In this document: positions 14,790 to 34,481 of the stretch, piece after piece
Numbering within the stretch: position 1 is the stretch's first letter
How the letters are laid out: each line of letters starts with the position of its first letter
Origin: Daphnia carinata
Taxonomy: Eukaryota
NCBI RefSeq assembly: GCF_022539665.2
Contig: NC_081333.1
Coordinates: forward strand, 558,001-622,000
DNA: 64,000 nt
Reading direction: 5' to 3'
Notes under the pieces: generated by a model
Databases searched by the model: none
What the model was told of the DNA's origin: nothing
What the model saw: the letters and a program-made list of their open reading frames with translations, nothing else
Translations under genes and position numbers: made by a program

Positions 14790-17422
14790 CTGTACCAATA
14801 GACATCAAATTAAAAACGTATTACTTTTATAAAACTGTTGGTCCTTGCACCGCTCCCATTCATTCGTGAATGATCTTATTTACATAATGCATTTCAAAAG
14901 AAACCAAATCAAGAAACAACAGGCGTTTAGGTGAAGCTACATTTTAAGGTATAACAAAAAAAATGGGATGAGATTACCTGTGGTGCTAATGCAACGTGCA
15001 TGTTGGATGTCACTCTAATGGAAGAGGTCTTTCGTCGAGACGAGAGCGAGGATGTATTGTCACTGGGCCGTATCCCAACACGAAATGAAAGAGAAGTGAA
15101 CAGTCCTTCGCCTATCTTCGTGTGACCCACTTTGCTGAGTGTTGATCGTGTGGTATTTACCTTCTCCAACTGAAACCAAGGTTATACAATGCACGGCAAT
15201 GGGGCTCCGTCATCTCGGTTGCCAACATCCACGGTAATGGCGCACCACCTATGGCAGTCACGGCCACTGTGTAACACTCCACCCGTTCGGATTGAATTGT
15301 ATTATTATAATCGTCGTAAAGGAAATTTCAATCCAAATGTAAACTGGAATGCAACATCAGTTTGATTTTCTGTTCATACATTTTTTTTGTTCGTCTGCTT
15401 ATTTAAAAGCTCTAATTTCTAAAACCGTATCTCAGTTTCAATCAGGCCGGCATTGTTGTGTCGTGACTTTAGTGATATTATAACCAATAACGAATGTGTA
15501 ATACAAAATGAGACCGTTGGTCTACCTTATCGTATCATTTCTCTATTCAATTCAAATAGGCTTATACTTTATTGTACGGATTTTAAATCACTTTGGTGTA
15601 AATTAAAAGCATTAAAGTAAAATATACTACTGAATAAAAATAGCATTTTTTAATTGGTCAGAGCTACCAATTGTACTGGCGCACGAACGTACGCTTTTGA
15701 ACCGCTTGCAACTGTGGAAGAGATCGGAATGGCCTTGCGAGCAGTTCAGCATTGGCCCCGTTTCTTTAACCCATATTCCGGTCGGACCAAGTCGTTTTAC
15801 TGGTTGAACGATATTTTGAAGGACTTTTGTGATACGAAACTAGTGGGTAATTTTGAAACTGATGGCTCATGTTTTGATCGTTTTCAAACTCAATGAGCAA
15901 TGCATACGACAGCAAGCGTAAAAAATCGACCTGTACTATCGCTATGTCCTGTTGCAACAAACGCAATTGACATCTTCTTGGAAAAATCAATAGAGTAACT
16001 AATGTCGGCCTGCAAAACGAGGACAGCCCTGGGTTTTCAAAGATTGCCACATACTAAAGGCACCCACATGTGCAGTGCCTTTGTGGTCATAAAGACAAAG
16101 ATGTTTAAGCGCTATGCATTTCGTTGGCGAAAGGGAATTACCGGAGTAGACGGATGGGTTAACAATCCAGCCTCTTCATTTTTTAATACTTCCTTCTCCC
16201 CACAAATCTTGGTACTGCTGTCGCCAATTGTCAGCGGCTTAACGATTGAGGGCGGGGGCTCCTATCTTTATGACCGTCATTTACCATAGGTTGTCGCGTC
16301 ACGCGTCGGTCCCGTTGATGATGTCATCATTTTTGAGAATTCATGGAGAAAAAGAAAATGAGCAACAGGCCGAAACCCAACTTGCAACTTTCAAAATTAG
16401 TGTTACTCCTCTTTGTGTGCGACATGCATGCTGCGTGCATACGTAAAAAGCTTACGCTTCAATAGGTAATAGCACCTTGAAAATGTGAGGGAAAATCTCA
16501 TTCCCAGTTTCCGTCGGTAAAAATGTTTTCGAATCAGGTCGTTCCATGATACATAAAATGGCGCCCTTGGAGACTTTCGCTTGTTGTCGCTGACGAGGCG
16601 GGCAGGAAATTCGGAGAAAAATACTCGCGAAATGAATTCAAAATATAAGCTAAGAGGGGTAAGTGGTTTATTGGCTTCATCGTCAAGAACATTGAATGGC
16701 CGGTATAATGATGCTGAAGAGATACCTGCGATTGGCTGGCACAGCTGGAGTCTTGGCCAAAAATTAAGAACGTCATTTGCTGACGCAGTACTAAAGGGAT
16801 TCCTTTGATGTTTTCAATGCAAAATGGGTGTCATTTTTACTGTTGTCTTTAACGGTGTTTTCAGAGTCATCGTACCCCTACGTATTTACCTTGTCCTGGT
16901 CTACGCAAAAGCAAGCCTGTCAAAGGCAGTTAATCGACAAAAAAAAGGGGGTTCGAAACGAAAAATAAACAATAATGGTATCGGTAGCTTAAATAAACAT
17001 TTACATAATTTACACCATGTTAAATCACATATAAATTTTAGCACAACCCTTGTTTAATTACCTGGAAAGAAAAGGAATTTATTACGATGCTGTAATTTTT
17101 ACAGTATCAAGGCGGAACTTCCTTGATGAATTCCGACTTTCGGAGGGCTCCACCCGACGACGGAACTGATTTTTCAGGACGAATGTGCTAGCATGACTTA
17201 AGCGCCAAAATATGAAAGCCCTATGCAAAACTATTATACTGGTGTGAAGCATGAAATTTCTACAGGAAATGGCAGACAATGTTTAATAACTTTAATGAAT
17301 ATATTCCTTTTACCAGATAAGCAAAACTCTTGCTGCGTTTGCAATCCTAGCAAAGACTATCTAATTACAACAACCGTATACTCAACTATAACAACAACTC
17401 TCAAAACATTCATTAGTTAGAC

Positions 17423-19854
<2,432 letters not shown>

Positions 19855-20618
19855 ATTTTCTTTTGAAAAGCAAACACTAGCTTTACCAGCGTAGTATCGT
19901 AGCTGAACTAAAATGTCGATCCTTGATGTGCACTGCTAAAACGTCAACTTGTCAGATGGCAGGCAACCGTATCCCCTGAAACGATACTATCGGATCAGTA
20001 GATTAGTTTCCGTGAAGTGCAGATGTTCGCGGTTACGTTTCAAGGTCGTTTAAGGTTGGTATGGCAATACAAGGGCACTCGTTTTTCTTTTGCTCAGAGC
20101 GCCTATAGCGAGTTTTCAGCGCACCACATTTGCACGTGCTTATGCGGCCCATTTCGATTTCGAAAATTAACAGTTTAGGACATTAATGCCGTGGCCATTT
20201 CGAACTCCTACATACTAAGATTATTCACAAGCAAATTTATCCACCACAAACAAGTTTTGTATGGGAGTTAATATATAGGATTTTTGAGAGTCCCGCTCAC
20301 CGAGAAATGAAACTGTGACTGGCCTAGTATTCCGGCCTGGGCGGAGTGACGACTGAGCGCTAGTGCGTCATAAACGTTTGCCGGGGCATTCGACTGTTCA
20401 TCCTCATTCGTGAACAGCTGATTGACTGGTTGTATTATTCTTGTCTCTTGTGGAGATTCGCTTGAATGTCGTTTGCTCTAAACCAAGTCGTTGTGAAACT
20501 TTTATGGGGTTTGTCAGTTACGAGTATTAACAATTTGATCCTCAGGAATACATTATATTTATAAATAGTTCAAGGAATATAAGTACACTGTCGCAATACT
20601 TGGGTATTATATCTTAAA
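19855..20618. promoter_or_regulatory. Divergent (head-to-head) intergenic region between UGP and DCAF8, probable bidirectional promoter
   Basis: Start codons of two oppositely oriented genes are ~760 bp apart. Confidence 0.5.
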
Positions 20619-23830
<3,212 letters not shown>

Positions 23831-23941
23831 ACTAAAGCAAAAAAATCATGCCTATATTGTTCTTCAAGTGGTATCACAGAGACAAGTTATTTCTATGAGA
23901 AGTACCCGGCAAATGAAATATTTGTTACTGTTGGAGTATTT

Positions 23942-23976
<35 letters not shown>

Positions 23977-24317
23977 AGAGAAAGTAAGCCGTCTGTAATA
24001 CCTATTTCCCTAAAACCGATTCCCTGTTCTACGTGCGTTAATACGTAAAAATTCGTTGTTATTGTAGGCGCCCCGATTGAAATATATCGCAGGAACCAAA
24101 CATTGTTAACATTGTACACTACTAGCAGACGAAATTCTTCGTTATTTTCTCTTAAGGTTAGAAGGAGATAACCATTAACCATTTCATATTTTATAGAAAT
24201 AAGTGCGTTCAATAATGTAGACAAAAACGTACGCGTTGCTAAGGATATCGTGGTTACAATGTTTCGTTGCGCAGTGCGTTGCGACCTATTCCTGAAGTAA
24301 CCGTTTGTTCCTGAACG

Positions 24318-24331
24318 GTTTCCATGGCAAC
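24318..24331. promoter_or_regulatory. RFX X-box motif GTTTCCATGGCAAC (second weaker copy GTTGCTAAGGATAT at 24235-24248)
   Basis: Close match to the palindromic X-box consensus GTNNCC-AT-GGNAAC, ~105 bp upstream of the ATG at 24437. Confidence 0.7.
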
Positions 24332-24436
24332 CCTAAGTTATAGACTGCATATCCCAGGCATGGTCAGGCCGGGTTTGTGTTCTTCAGACGCTCGCATCAC
24401 TTAAAGACAAGTGCGACCTTTTTAATTGGAATTACA

Positions 24437-27400
24437 ATGGAACAAGCAAATTTGCTCTGCCATAGAATGAAAATTCCGGAAACATTAGACCATCTGATGT
24501 ACTGTTTAACGAAAGAAATTCTTTGTAAACAGCCTGATAACGTGTATGAATTTTCGACGAAATTTTTTCACCAGCTTGTGGAAGAAAGGGATGGACGTAA
24601 GTACCAAAAGCTCAATACCTTTTTACGAAAAAATGTGGGTTACTGCGTGTAAGAATGCTAAATCTGCTGCTACTTGGTTTATTGTTCGTTGTATGTGTTT
24701 TTAAAATACTTATTGACATGAGTATCCTACTGCAGCAAACTCTAAATGGCCAAAATTGCCTACAGTAGCTAAACAGTTGTCATTCGTTTGGAAAGAAACG
24801 TAGGAGGATCATTTGGGTTTTCAAAAGCGAAAAGCTGATCGTTGACGGTTTTCTTCTTAACTAACGGAAAAAACTATGCACATAAATTAAACTTCAATCC
24901 TCGGTTTTTACATTTCGTCTGCAGAGCCTTGAATTTTAAAAATCTAGGAAAAACAACAAATTAATATCGTTTTCGGGAGTCACTCTTTTTTGGTTTTCAG
25001 AGAATTGCAACGACTTGCTTTCATTCATTTTGCTGAAACAACAAGAGCATTGATAGAGTTAAGCGCAGCAGCCTTTCACGCAAAGTCATATCATAGGTGA
25101 AGGTTTTCTTATTCCATTTTTCACTGCGTGTGCTTTTAACATGCCTTGGCGGAAAGTGCCTATGATGCTGGTCAAAATTTTCTAGGTGCTCTTTTTGGAT
25201 GCTTGCCATATGTATTTTTATCAATGCATAATGGAGGCCGACATAAATTTACTTGTTTTACTTGTATTTTGTCTGAAATATTGCTAAAAGTTCATCTTTG
25301 GTGCAGAGTGTGTAGGAATGTAAATGTAATTGACTAAAAATTTCTATTTTCGTTCGCCCTTACGGGTTTGATTTCTCGTTACACACAAAACGATTTTAGG
25401 ATGTATATTTGCGATAATTAAGGCTATGGCGCGTAATGTTGCTGAATCCTTTGATGGCATTCCTTTCGTTGAAAGCTGGTGAGGCAGTAGGTGATCGGCA
25501 GTGGTCGAGAACGAACGTGGTAAACCAACTGGCAGTGTTTTATTGAGGTCTCGTTAAGCTAATAAAAAGGGGATATCGTGGACGTTTTCAGTGCTCCGCT
25601 CTACGTTTCGATTATTACTATGTTTTTAAAGATTTAAAAAAGCAAACATTGCTGAAACCGATCTGTTGTTAATTGCCAACGTTGTATGGGCTTATATGAT
25701 GCCGACCACAGTGGCGACGGTGGTTAATGACGCACTAAAAACCTAATAACACCAGAATTTTTGGCACAATTCATCAAATGTTCGTCACTCACATTTCAGC
25801 TACGAAATTATACGGGAAGCAAATTTTATCCACTGAGGCGGTGACTTAACTAAGCCTGTGGTTCCAAATACCGTGTTCGTCAATTGACTTTATTCTATTA
25901 ATAGAATCAGCGGTTCTTTTGTACCTGAAAATGGGGAGTGGTATATCTGTGTGTTGTAGATGTAAGTCGAATTCTTTTCTCGTCTCATTTTCTGCTTCGT
26001 GCGATAGTTGGTCGTAAGCAATGAAACAAGTTGTTTGTAAAACAATACCTATAAGTTTAAAAATATGTGATTATAATTGGCTAACGTCTCTATTTTTCGC
26101 ACTGGCGGATTAGATCTACACGCTTGAAAACGTACGACAAACTACGCACAAAAATAAGTTGATTTTGGCAAATGTTTTTCTTTTGTTTACTGGAAAATGA
26201 AATCTTCGACGTTCAAGCATACTTGGACGCTTCGTTGCCGTTCTCCTGCTATATTTGTGCTTTGTTTATTCTTATGTAAAGTAAACTAAGTGCAAAATGA
26301 ATGAAAAACATTTTGACTTCTATTAACAACCAAACGAGTCACGCCCATTTGCCCTACCAAAATGGCGATGTTGACATGATGCCCAAAGTACGCGAAATAT
26401 AGGTGGATGCGAAATTTTATAGCTTTGTGCTATGTTGAAATCGAAGATGTGAATCTTGTACCTCAAGTAGGCCCAAGGGTAAAAAAAATTTTATTGATTA
26501 CACAGAATTACAATCAAAATTTTTTGTTGCCTGCTGCAAATGTCGAAAGGCCTGCAAATAAACGAAAAAACCATTTTGATGTCTTAAGTTTACGTGCAAC
26601 CTAAAAATCGATCTCTATTGTTAAATTGTTAACGATAAAGATACCGATCCAGTGAGCGCTGACATTTGAAATCGATATTCTTTTTTATTTCAGCTAACCG
26701 GACTCCATTCGTAGAATCACTCAGAAGCAAATCTTGTAAACCAAGTTCATTAAGCATTGTTGATGCAGGGACGGGCCTCAGAGATCTGCCGAATGAGGAT
26801 GGTGAAATAATTGACGATTTCGAAAAAGAACTGGAACAGTTAAACGATGAGACACTCAGAGCGGAGGACATGTCCCCTCCGCCAACCTTGGACGACTCGG
26901 TGTCCGACAATGACACTTCGGTTACGAAGATTGCGGCCATTGTAACCTCGAAGGCGCGAGAATCACCACCAAACGCAACCTCTACGTCCATAAGCCGGGC
27001 GAACAGTAATGGTGCAATAGAAATCCGAAATAGCCCGGAAAATGCTGAAGAAGCCATAGAAGCCGTCGAAGCCATCAATGCGTTTGCTGATGAAACATTT
27101 AAAGAAGACGCTCTTGATGTAGATGCATTGCCGGATTCCGTTACGGAAGTAAGTAAAGTTATAATTTTCCCATACTTTTTTCCCTAATTAACGGGTTACA
27201 AGCTCAAATAGAATGACATTTAAAAGATTCTCTTCCGTTTCAACGTGGATGATATCAAACTTCTTACAGGTATTAGATGAAGGGCAACCTGAAGTGGCAC
27301 AGTCCACCCCTGAAGAGCACGTAGAAGAACCAGAGATCACGACCACTCCAACTGAAGAGACCAATGATGACCCACATCTGTTAGCAGATTCTAATGGCAT

Positions 27401-30400
27401 CGAAGAAACTGAGCATCTTGAACCACAGGAGATGGTCATCGAGGAAGAAGCTACGGAAAACGAATTACAAGAAAATATCGAAGACGACAAACCGCAAGAA
27501 ATCGACGAAAATGAATTAGAAACAAATGGAACTGAGAACGATGTATTAAATGAAGAATTAGAGGAAAACGAACCAACACCTGTCGACATGGTGGACGCTA
27601 TAGATTCGTCACTACTCCAAGCAGAAGAGGAAATGACAGTAAACGAGGAACTTCCGAATTCATCCCCATTGGACGATACAGAGGAACAAGAGGTTATAGC
27701 TGATGGCGTGGAAAATTCAGAGATTGTGGCGAATCACATTGAAGAATCAGAAAATGCAGAAATTGAACCTACAAATTTGGTGGAAAACACTGACGCACCT
27801 GAGGCCACCGATTTACCAACGGATGCAGATATGGAAGAGACCATCCAACTTGAACCAAGTGAGATGGTTGCAGAGGACGAAACCAACGAAAATGAATTGC
27901 AAGAGAATACCGATGAAGACAAACCTCAGGAAATTGATGCAAATGAATCAGAGATCGATGAAATTGAGAAAGATCAATCAAATGAAAACGCAGAGGAAAA
28001 CGAACAAATACCTGCCGATATACTGGTTGATCCGCCAATGGCACAAGAAGAGGGAGAAACAGCAGATGTCGAGGAAGTTTTGAATTCGGTAACATTGGAA
28101 GATTGTTCCGAAGAAAGAGAAACGGAAGCTGAAAACGTGGAAAATCAAGAGGTTCTCACAGATCAGCTAGACGAATCAGATAATGCAGCAGACACACCAG
28201 CAGATTTGCTGGAACATAGCATTGACGAAGAGCAGCATGAAAGCAGCCATGTACCTGAAATGAATATTCGCGTGCCTCGTTCAACGGAATTTATTGATAT
28301 GGAACAAGATTCCCCTGTTGAAATGAATGAAGATGATCATCTAGATATAGAAGAAGTCGGATCAAGTAGCGTTGTCAACATCGAAGATGAGTTATCTGTT
28401 GCACAAGAGCATGACGAGGAGGTTAAGCAGATCGAAAATTCAGATCTTGAGGAACACATTCAAGATGAAAACGAGGCAATTGAAGTTAGCGAAAACATGG
28501 AGGGAAATGACAATCATACTGAAGAAACTGAAACCGAAAAACTTGATGAATCGGAGGTTTTTGCAATTTCGGATCTCGTAGATGAACAGCCTAGTCAACT
28601 TGAAAATATTGAAGAGATTCTGCCTGAAGTTGAAAGTGAAGACGTGACAAACGAAACACCTGATGATAATAATCTTCATCAGGATGCGTCATTCACAGAA
28701 GAGCAGCCATTACTCAGCCCCGTAATTGAAGATAGCCCTTTTGAAGTAGAAAATACAGAGGAAAACGTTTGTCAAGCTTCAGAAGACAACGTATTGGCTG
28801 ACGAAAACGCCGATCAAAACAATACGCTTGAGCAAGATGATGCATTAATCTTTGCGGAAAATGTAATGGACAGTGAATCGGCGATAATAGAGGAACCCGA
28901 AGCTGAGCTAAATGAAACAACAAGTCACGTAAGCTGTGATGATACACAAGAAAACGGCAATTTGCAAAGTGAATTGGACAATGAAAAACCCATTCCCGAT
29001 TTGAAGGAAAATGGCATTTCAGACGAAGATTTTAATGAACTTGTGGGCGAGGGTGACAAAGAAGTGTCAAACGATGACGAGGAAGAGATATGGAATAAGT
29101 TACAGAAAGACTTGGAGTTGGAAGAAGAAGAACAGCGAAACCTAGCAGCAATAAAAATTCAATCAACATTCCGGGGATACAAGACCCGTAAAGAATTTAA
29201 TGAAATGTCAGAAAATCAAAATGAGACTGAAGACGAAATAGATATTGTCAACGATATTGTCGAAAACGTTCCTGAAGATCAGCCTTCAGTTCTTTCACAA
29301 GAGGAAGAACCTTTAGAAAATAATGATGACGACAAAGAGTTAACAGGAGCTTTGGCTGGCGTAACAGAAAGTATTGCTACAATTGCTCTGATTTTAACTG
29401 ATACTCCTCAACAAAACCCTCCGTTACTTTCTACAGGTGAAGATCATAATGATGATGAACTAGATGGCAACTTGGGAAGCGAGAATGTCATAGATGCGCT
29501 TGACGAATTTCTTTCTAATCAGAGAGAAGTAAATGATGTTACGGAAGAACCAATGTCAAATGGAGAAGAAATTCATGACGTTCAGCTCATTGAATCCTAC
29601 GTGATTACATCATCAGTAACAGATAATTCTGCTAGTCCAGAAGCCACAACAAATTTGGAAAACAGTCAAGATAATGAATCGGTTTCGGTGAAGGATATTG
29701 ATGATGGTGCCAATGAAACAAGCAATTCAGAAGCTGAAGCCGTAGCTTCTGATCCTGGTGTGGTTTTCGAGCTTTATGTGGAGTCGAACGAAACAACGAA
29801 CGATGGCCTGTTGGAATCGTATTGTCCACAGAGAGAAGATCCGTCAAGAGAAAAACACGTAAAATATACAGAAAATAGCCCAACTGAAAACACCGGAATT
29901 GGCAGTGACGCAGCTGAATCTCTGGGTGAAATAACGCCATGTAACACAAACGGATCTATTCAGCAAAATCAGTTAGATCCTTGTCTGCTTGAAAGGGAGA
30001 ATCTTGCAGCTATTAAAATTCAGGCAGGTTATCGCGGACACCAAGATCGTAAAAGAGTACAGAATTTAAAGCATCAAATAGCTGAAAATGTTTCCTCAAC
30101 AGGAACTGACATAGACACACAAGAAGGTAAAGAAAACAATTTTCGTTTTGATTGTAAAATTTTTTTTCTGTTAAATGCAACATATTTTTTCAATATTAGA
30201 ACTTAGAAATGCTGCTGCCACTAAAATTCAGGCTGGTTTCCGTGGACATCAAGATCGAAAACGAATCCACAAAGCAAAATGTCATACTACTGAGACTAGT
30301 GGAACTCTTCAAACGCATTTTAACGTTGTCGACGAAGAACGCCAGTTCAACCATTCTGGTCAACAAGTGCAACCAGATCCATGTTCAATGGAACTACAGA

Positions 30401-32976
30401 ATGCGGCCGCAACGAAAATCCAGGCCGGCTTTCGGGGACATCAAGATCGAAAGCGGATAAAAAATTTAAAAGCCCCTACTATTGACCATAATGTGAACGA
30501 TAAAGTCAAAAGCTGTGACGAAAGTCTCGTATGCGATGATGAGGAATGTTTCGAAGAATTGGGAACAAGCCCAAGTACGATGGATTTACAAAATGCTGCA
30601 GCAACTAAAATACAAGCTGGATTTCGCGGACACCAAGACCGTAAACGAGTTAAACATCTGCAGCATCGCATTGCGGAAAAGGATGTCAAAGAAAGTGATA
30701 CGCTACAGTGTATGGATACCAATGATGCCCCCGAACAATCAAATGGTGAGCAAAGCAACGGAAACCTGTGCTTGACAGAAAGAGAAAACGCTGCAGCCAC
30801 AACAATTCAAGCCGGTTTTCGTGGCCACCAAGCTCGGAAACAAGTAAAGGATTTGCAGCGTCCTTCCACTAGTAATGATGGTATTGAAAATGGTGAGTCG
30901 AAGTGTACGGATACTTTTCATGAGGCTAACCAACCGAATGTTAAACAAAGTCAACAAAATCTATGCTTGAAAGAACTGGAAAACGCTGCAGCGACTAAAA
31001 TTCAAGCTGGCTTTCGTGGATACCGAGATCGCAAAAACGTAAAACATTTAAAAAAACCTGCCAAAACAAAGGATTTGATAAGCCATAGGGAAACAAATTT
31101 TGTAGAGGAAGATTGCTTGTTAGATGGCGACGAATTCATTCAAAACAGTGAAAGAAATGCACTTGAAAAAGAAAACATGAAATGCACACCAGGATAGAAA
31201 ACGAAAAAAAAAATACAAGCTGGCAGCATCCCCGCAGCTTCAATTATGACGAGGAAGAAGCTAAAATACAAGCTGCAGCCACAAAAATTCAAGCTGGTTT
31301 TCGAGGACATCAAGATAGAAAACGAGTGAAAAATTTGAAGGAATCGATTAATAAAAGAAAATCGGCGACAGCTCAAATGACGAGGAAGAAGCTTAAATGA
31401 TCAAAACAAGAAATTGAATTTGAACAAAAAAACAATGCAGCCACAAAAATACAAGCTGGTTTTCGAGGACATCAAGATAGAAAACGAGTGAAAAATTTGA
31501 AGGAATCGATTAATAAAAGTGAAATCATCCCCGGCGACAGCTTCAATTATGACGAGGAAGAAGCTTCACTTCTGGATTATGATCAATCAGCGGAAGAAAT
31601 TGAATTTGAACAAAAAAACAATGCAGCCACAAAAATTCAAGCTGGTTTTCGAGGACATCAAGATAGAAAACGAGTGAAAAATTTGAAGGAATCGATTAAT
31701 AAAAGTGAAATCATCCCCGGCGACAGCTTCAATTATGACGAGGAAGAAGCTTCACTTCTGGATTATGATCAATCGGCGGAAGAAATTGAATTTGAACAAA
31801 AAAACAGTGCAGCCACAAAAATTCAAGCTGGTTTTCGAGGACATCAAGATCGAAAACGGGTTAAAAAATTTGCAGCATCATATTGCTGAGCATGATAAGT
31901 CGGAATGTATGGATGACAATTTGGACCCTGACCAGTTAAACACCGAACGAAGTCATCAAAATGAATATTCAAATGAACTCGAAAACGCTGCAGCAACTAA
32001 AATCCAAGCCGGTTTTCGTGGATACCAAGATCGCAAAATCGTAAAAAATTTAAAACAAGAGGCAACATCAAATGAAACTAGCTTTACAAAAGAAAATGGC
32101 TTGTTTGATCGAGACGATATCATTCAGCATGGTGAACGAAACTCACTCGATGAAGAAAACATTGCAGCCACTAAAATACAAGCTGGATTTCGGGGACACC
32201 AAGACAGAAAACGGGTAAAACGTTTAAAAGATTCCACTAATAGAAACGAAACCATTGACAGCGACAACGCCAGTTATATCGAAGAAACCTCGGTCTTGGA
32301 TCAATCCGCAGAGGCAACTCAACTCTACCTAGAAAACGATGCAGCTACAAAAATTCAAGCCGGTTTTCGCGGACACCGAGATCGGAAACGAGTAAAAAAT
32401 TTACAGTACCGCGCTATTGAAAATGAAGTCGTCGATAGTGGTAGGGCGGAAGATACGTCTGATCCTGACCAGTCAAACATTGAACAAAGTCATAAAAATC
32501 TATGTGATGCAAATGAGCTGGAAAATGCAGCAGCAACTAAAATTCAAGCCGGTTTTCGCGGATATCAAGACCGAAAAAATGTAAACAATTTAAAAAAAGA
32601 GGCTGCAACGAAAGATTTGATCAACACAAAGGAACCAAACTTTATAGAGGATGATGTTGATGTTCAAGATAGTGAAAGAATTCTACTTGACCAGCAAAAT
32701 TCTGCAGCAACCAAAATACAAGCTGGATTTCGAGGACAGCAAGACAGAAAACGGGTGAAGTATTTAAAAGACTCCGTAACTAGAAGCGAAATTATCGATA
32801 GTGAATGTTGTGACGAAGAAGCTCTGCTTTTGGATTATGATCCATCTGCAGAAGCATTGCAAATTGAACACCAAAACGCTGCAGCTACGAAAATTCAAGC
32901 CGGTTTTCGTGGACATCAAGATCGAAAACGAGTTAAAAATTTGAAAATTTCTGCTGATGTAAGTGAAACATTTTAA
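24437..32976 (+). CDS. Large RIIa dimerization/docking-domain protein (Sp17/CABYR/ropporin-type N-terminus) with long Glu/Asp-rich region and ~17 IQ motifs; frameshifts near 31180-31420 and ~31868; 3' end uncertain (possible donor GAT|GTAAGT at ~32959)
   Basis: Exon 1 KIPETLDHLMYCLTKEILCKQPDNVYEFSTKFFHQL fits the RIIa D/D pattern. It splices phase-compatibly to exons at ~26695-27148, ~27270-30127 and ~30200 onward. Repeated AATKIQAGFRGHQDRK motifs follow. Confidence 0.75.
31278..31870 (+). repeat. Near-identical tandem 186 bp (62 aa) IQ-containing units
   Basis: gccacaaaaat anchor recurs at 31440, 31626 and 31812 (period 186), plus a shortened copy at 31278. Confidence 0.85.
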
Positions 32977-33804
32977 CATATTGCGAAGTTAAGTATTGCG
33001 GTGGATTAATACGCGTCATGCGGCAAAACAAGTAGGAGGTAAACTTAGAATCAGCTGTGTAGGTTGCTTACCGTGCCAATATTTTAGTGGTTGAGGTCGC
33101 CAGTTCCGGCACAGTCATTCCATCGATTAATAGATCATGTCTGCTGACTATCTATAACGGCGCGGTTAAAGGTTCTTTGTTACTATATAATAAATTCATT
33201 TTAATGCAGAATAATATGTTTCAAATATTCGTACTCATACTAATATTCTAATCTTGCGGTAAGACATGTAGAAATTAAAATTTTTGACAGAATTCCTATG
33301 AATCTCAATCAACCTAACCGCGAAGAGAAATTTTTCGAATTGATATTAAACGCAGCTCTGTATAAGATTTGGGAGGCGACGGTGTTAAGGAATAAACATG
33401 AATACACATATAACGGTACCTTGATTGGTTTTTGGATACTTTTGGATACTATACTTTTTTCTCGGCTATTGTATAACATAATGAATTCCGGATCTCAAAG
33501 ACGCGTACTAGAAATGATGGTATGGTAAAACAAAAATGTGCATAACAAGCGTTGTGTCAGACTTATTCGTCAGAGGCAGTGGATCGCATCCTCGGGATGA
33601 ATTGGGCGAACTCCAAAATGTTTTAGTGCTCGAAGAGCCCGAAGTTGTAGAGCTGGTAGGGATGCAAACATTGGACCAGACTTGCCGCGCCGATCAATTT
33701 TCCGATCTCGATCGCCGATCCGATCAAACTCAAAAGTTTGACCGATATTCCAGACGTCTGGAATCGGGCCTTAAATTTCTATCGTGCCTACTTTTATATT
33801 TAAA

Positions 33805-34481
33805 ATAACTCAAAAACCATGAGATCTACATAAAAACAAATTTCATATTCGTGATTCTTGTTAAATTTTGAATCAGAATCATATATAATTATATAGATTT
33901 AATGATATTGCTTTGTAATAGGAACAATTTTTAAGCCCGACAAAATAAGCCCAACAAAATAAGACCGACTTTCTGTTTTCTTTGTTTAATTCAAAAACTA
34001 TAAGGGCAATTAAAAAAAATTTCGCTTGAAATACATGGTTTCGATGCAGAATAAACGAGCATCACGAATAGGAGGACTAAAAAAAAATAAGCATAAACTC
34101 TATAATCGTGATAAGCATTCAATTCTGCATCGAAATTTTCGTATTTTTGAATTTTCGCTTAGCTCACATGGTTTCGATGCAGAATTAAACGAGCATCACG
34201 AATAGGAGGACTGTTTTCTCGTGGGACTCATAGTTTTTGAATAAAACGCAAAAAACGGTAAAGGTTGGGTTAAAAAATAAGCCCGGGCTTATATTGTCGG
34301 GCTTAAAACTTTTTCCTATTAAAAAACAGTAGCATTAAATCTAAATACCTATCGATGATTCTGATTCAGTGTTTCAAGCCAAATTCGAGATTTGGCCGAA
34401 AATGAAAATATAATTATATAGATTTAATGATATTGCTTTGTAATAGGAACAATTTTTAAGCCCGACAAAATAAGCCCGACT
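33805..34481. mobile_element. Composite MITE-like/foldback repeat with internal inverted and direct copies
   Basis: ~33868-33945 is inverted at ~34290-34369 and ~33880-33950 is directly repeated at ~34408-34481. Repeated AAATAAGCCCGAC motif; duplicated catggtttcgatgcagaat..aaacgagcatcacgaataggaggact block at ~34034 and ~34167. Confidence 0.6.

Noticed and set aside
27188..30957. Antisense and alternate-frame ORFs over the acidic/IQ gene
   Set aside because: Shadow ORFs caused by biased codon content of the real frame.
30209..32930. Regularly spaced ~45 bp repeats with variable spacers, superficially CRISPR-like
   Set aside because: They are in-frame IQ-motif codons with synonymous variation and ~140 bp spacers in a eukaryotic exon; no cas genes.
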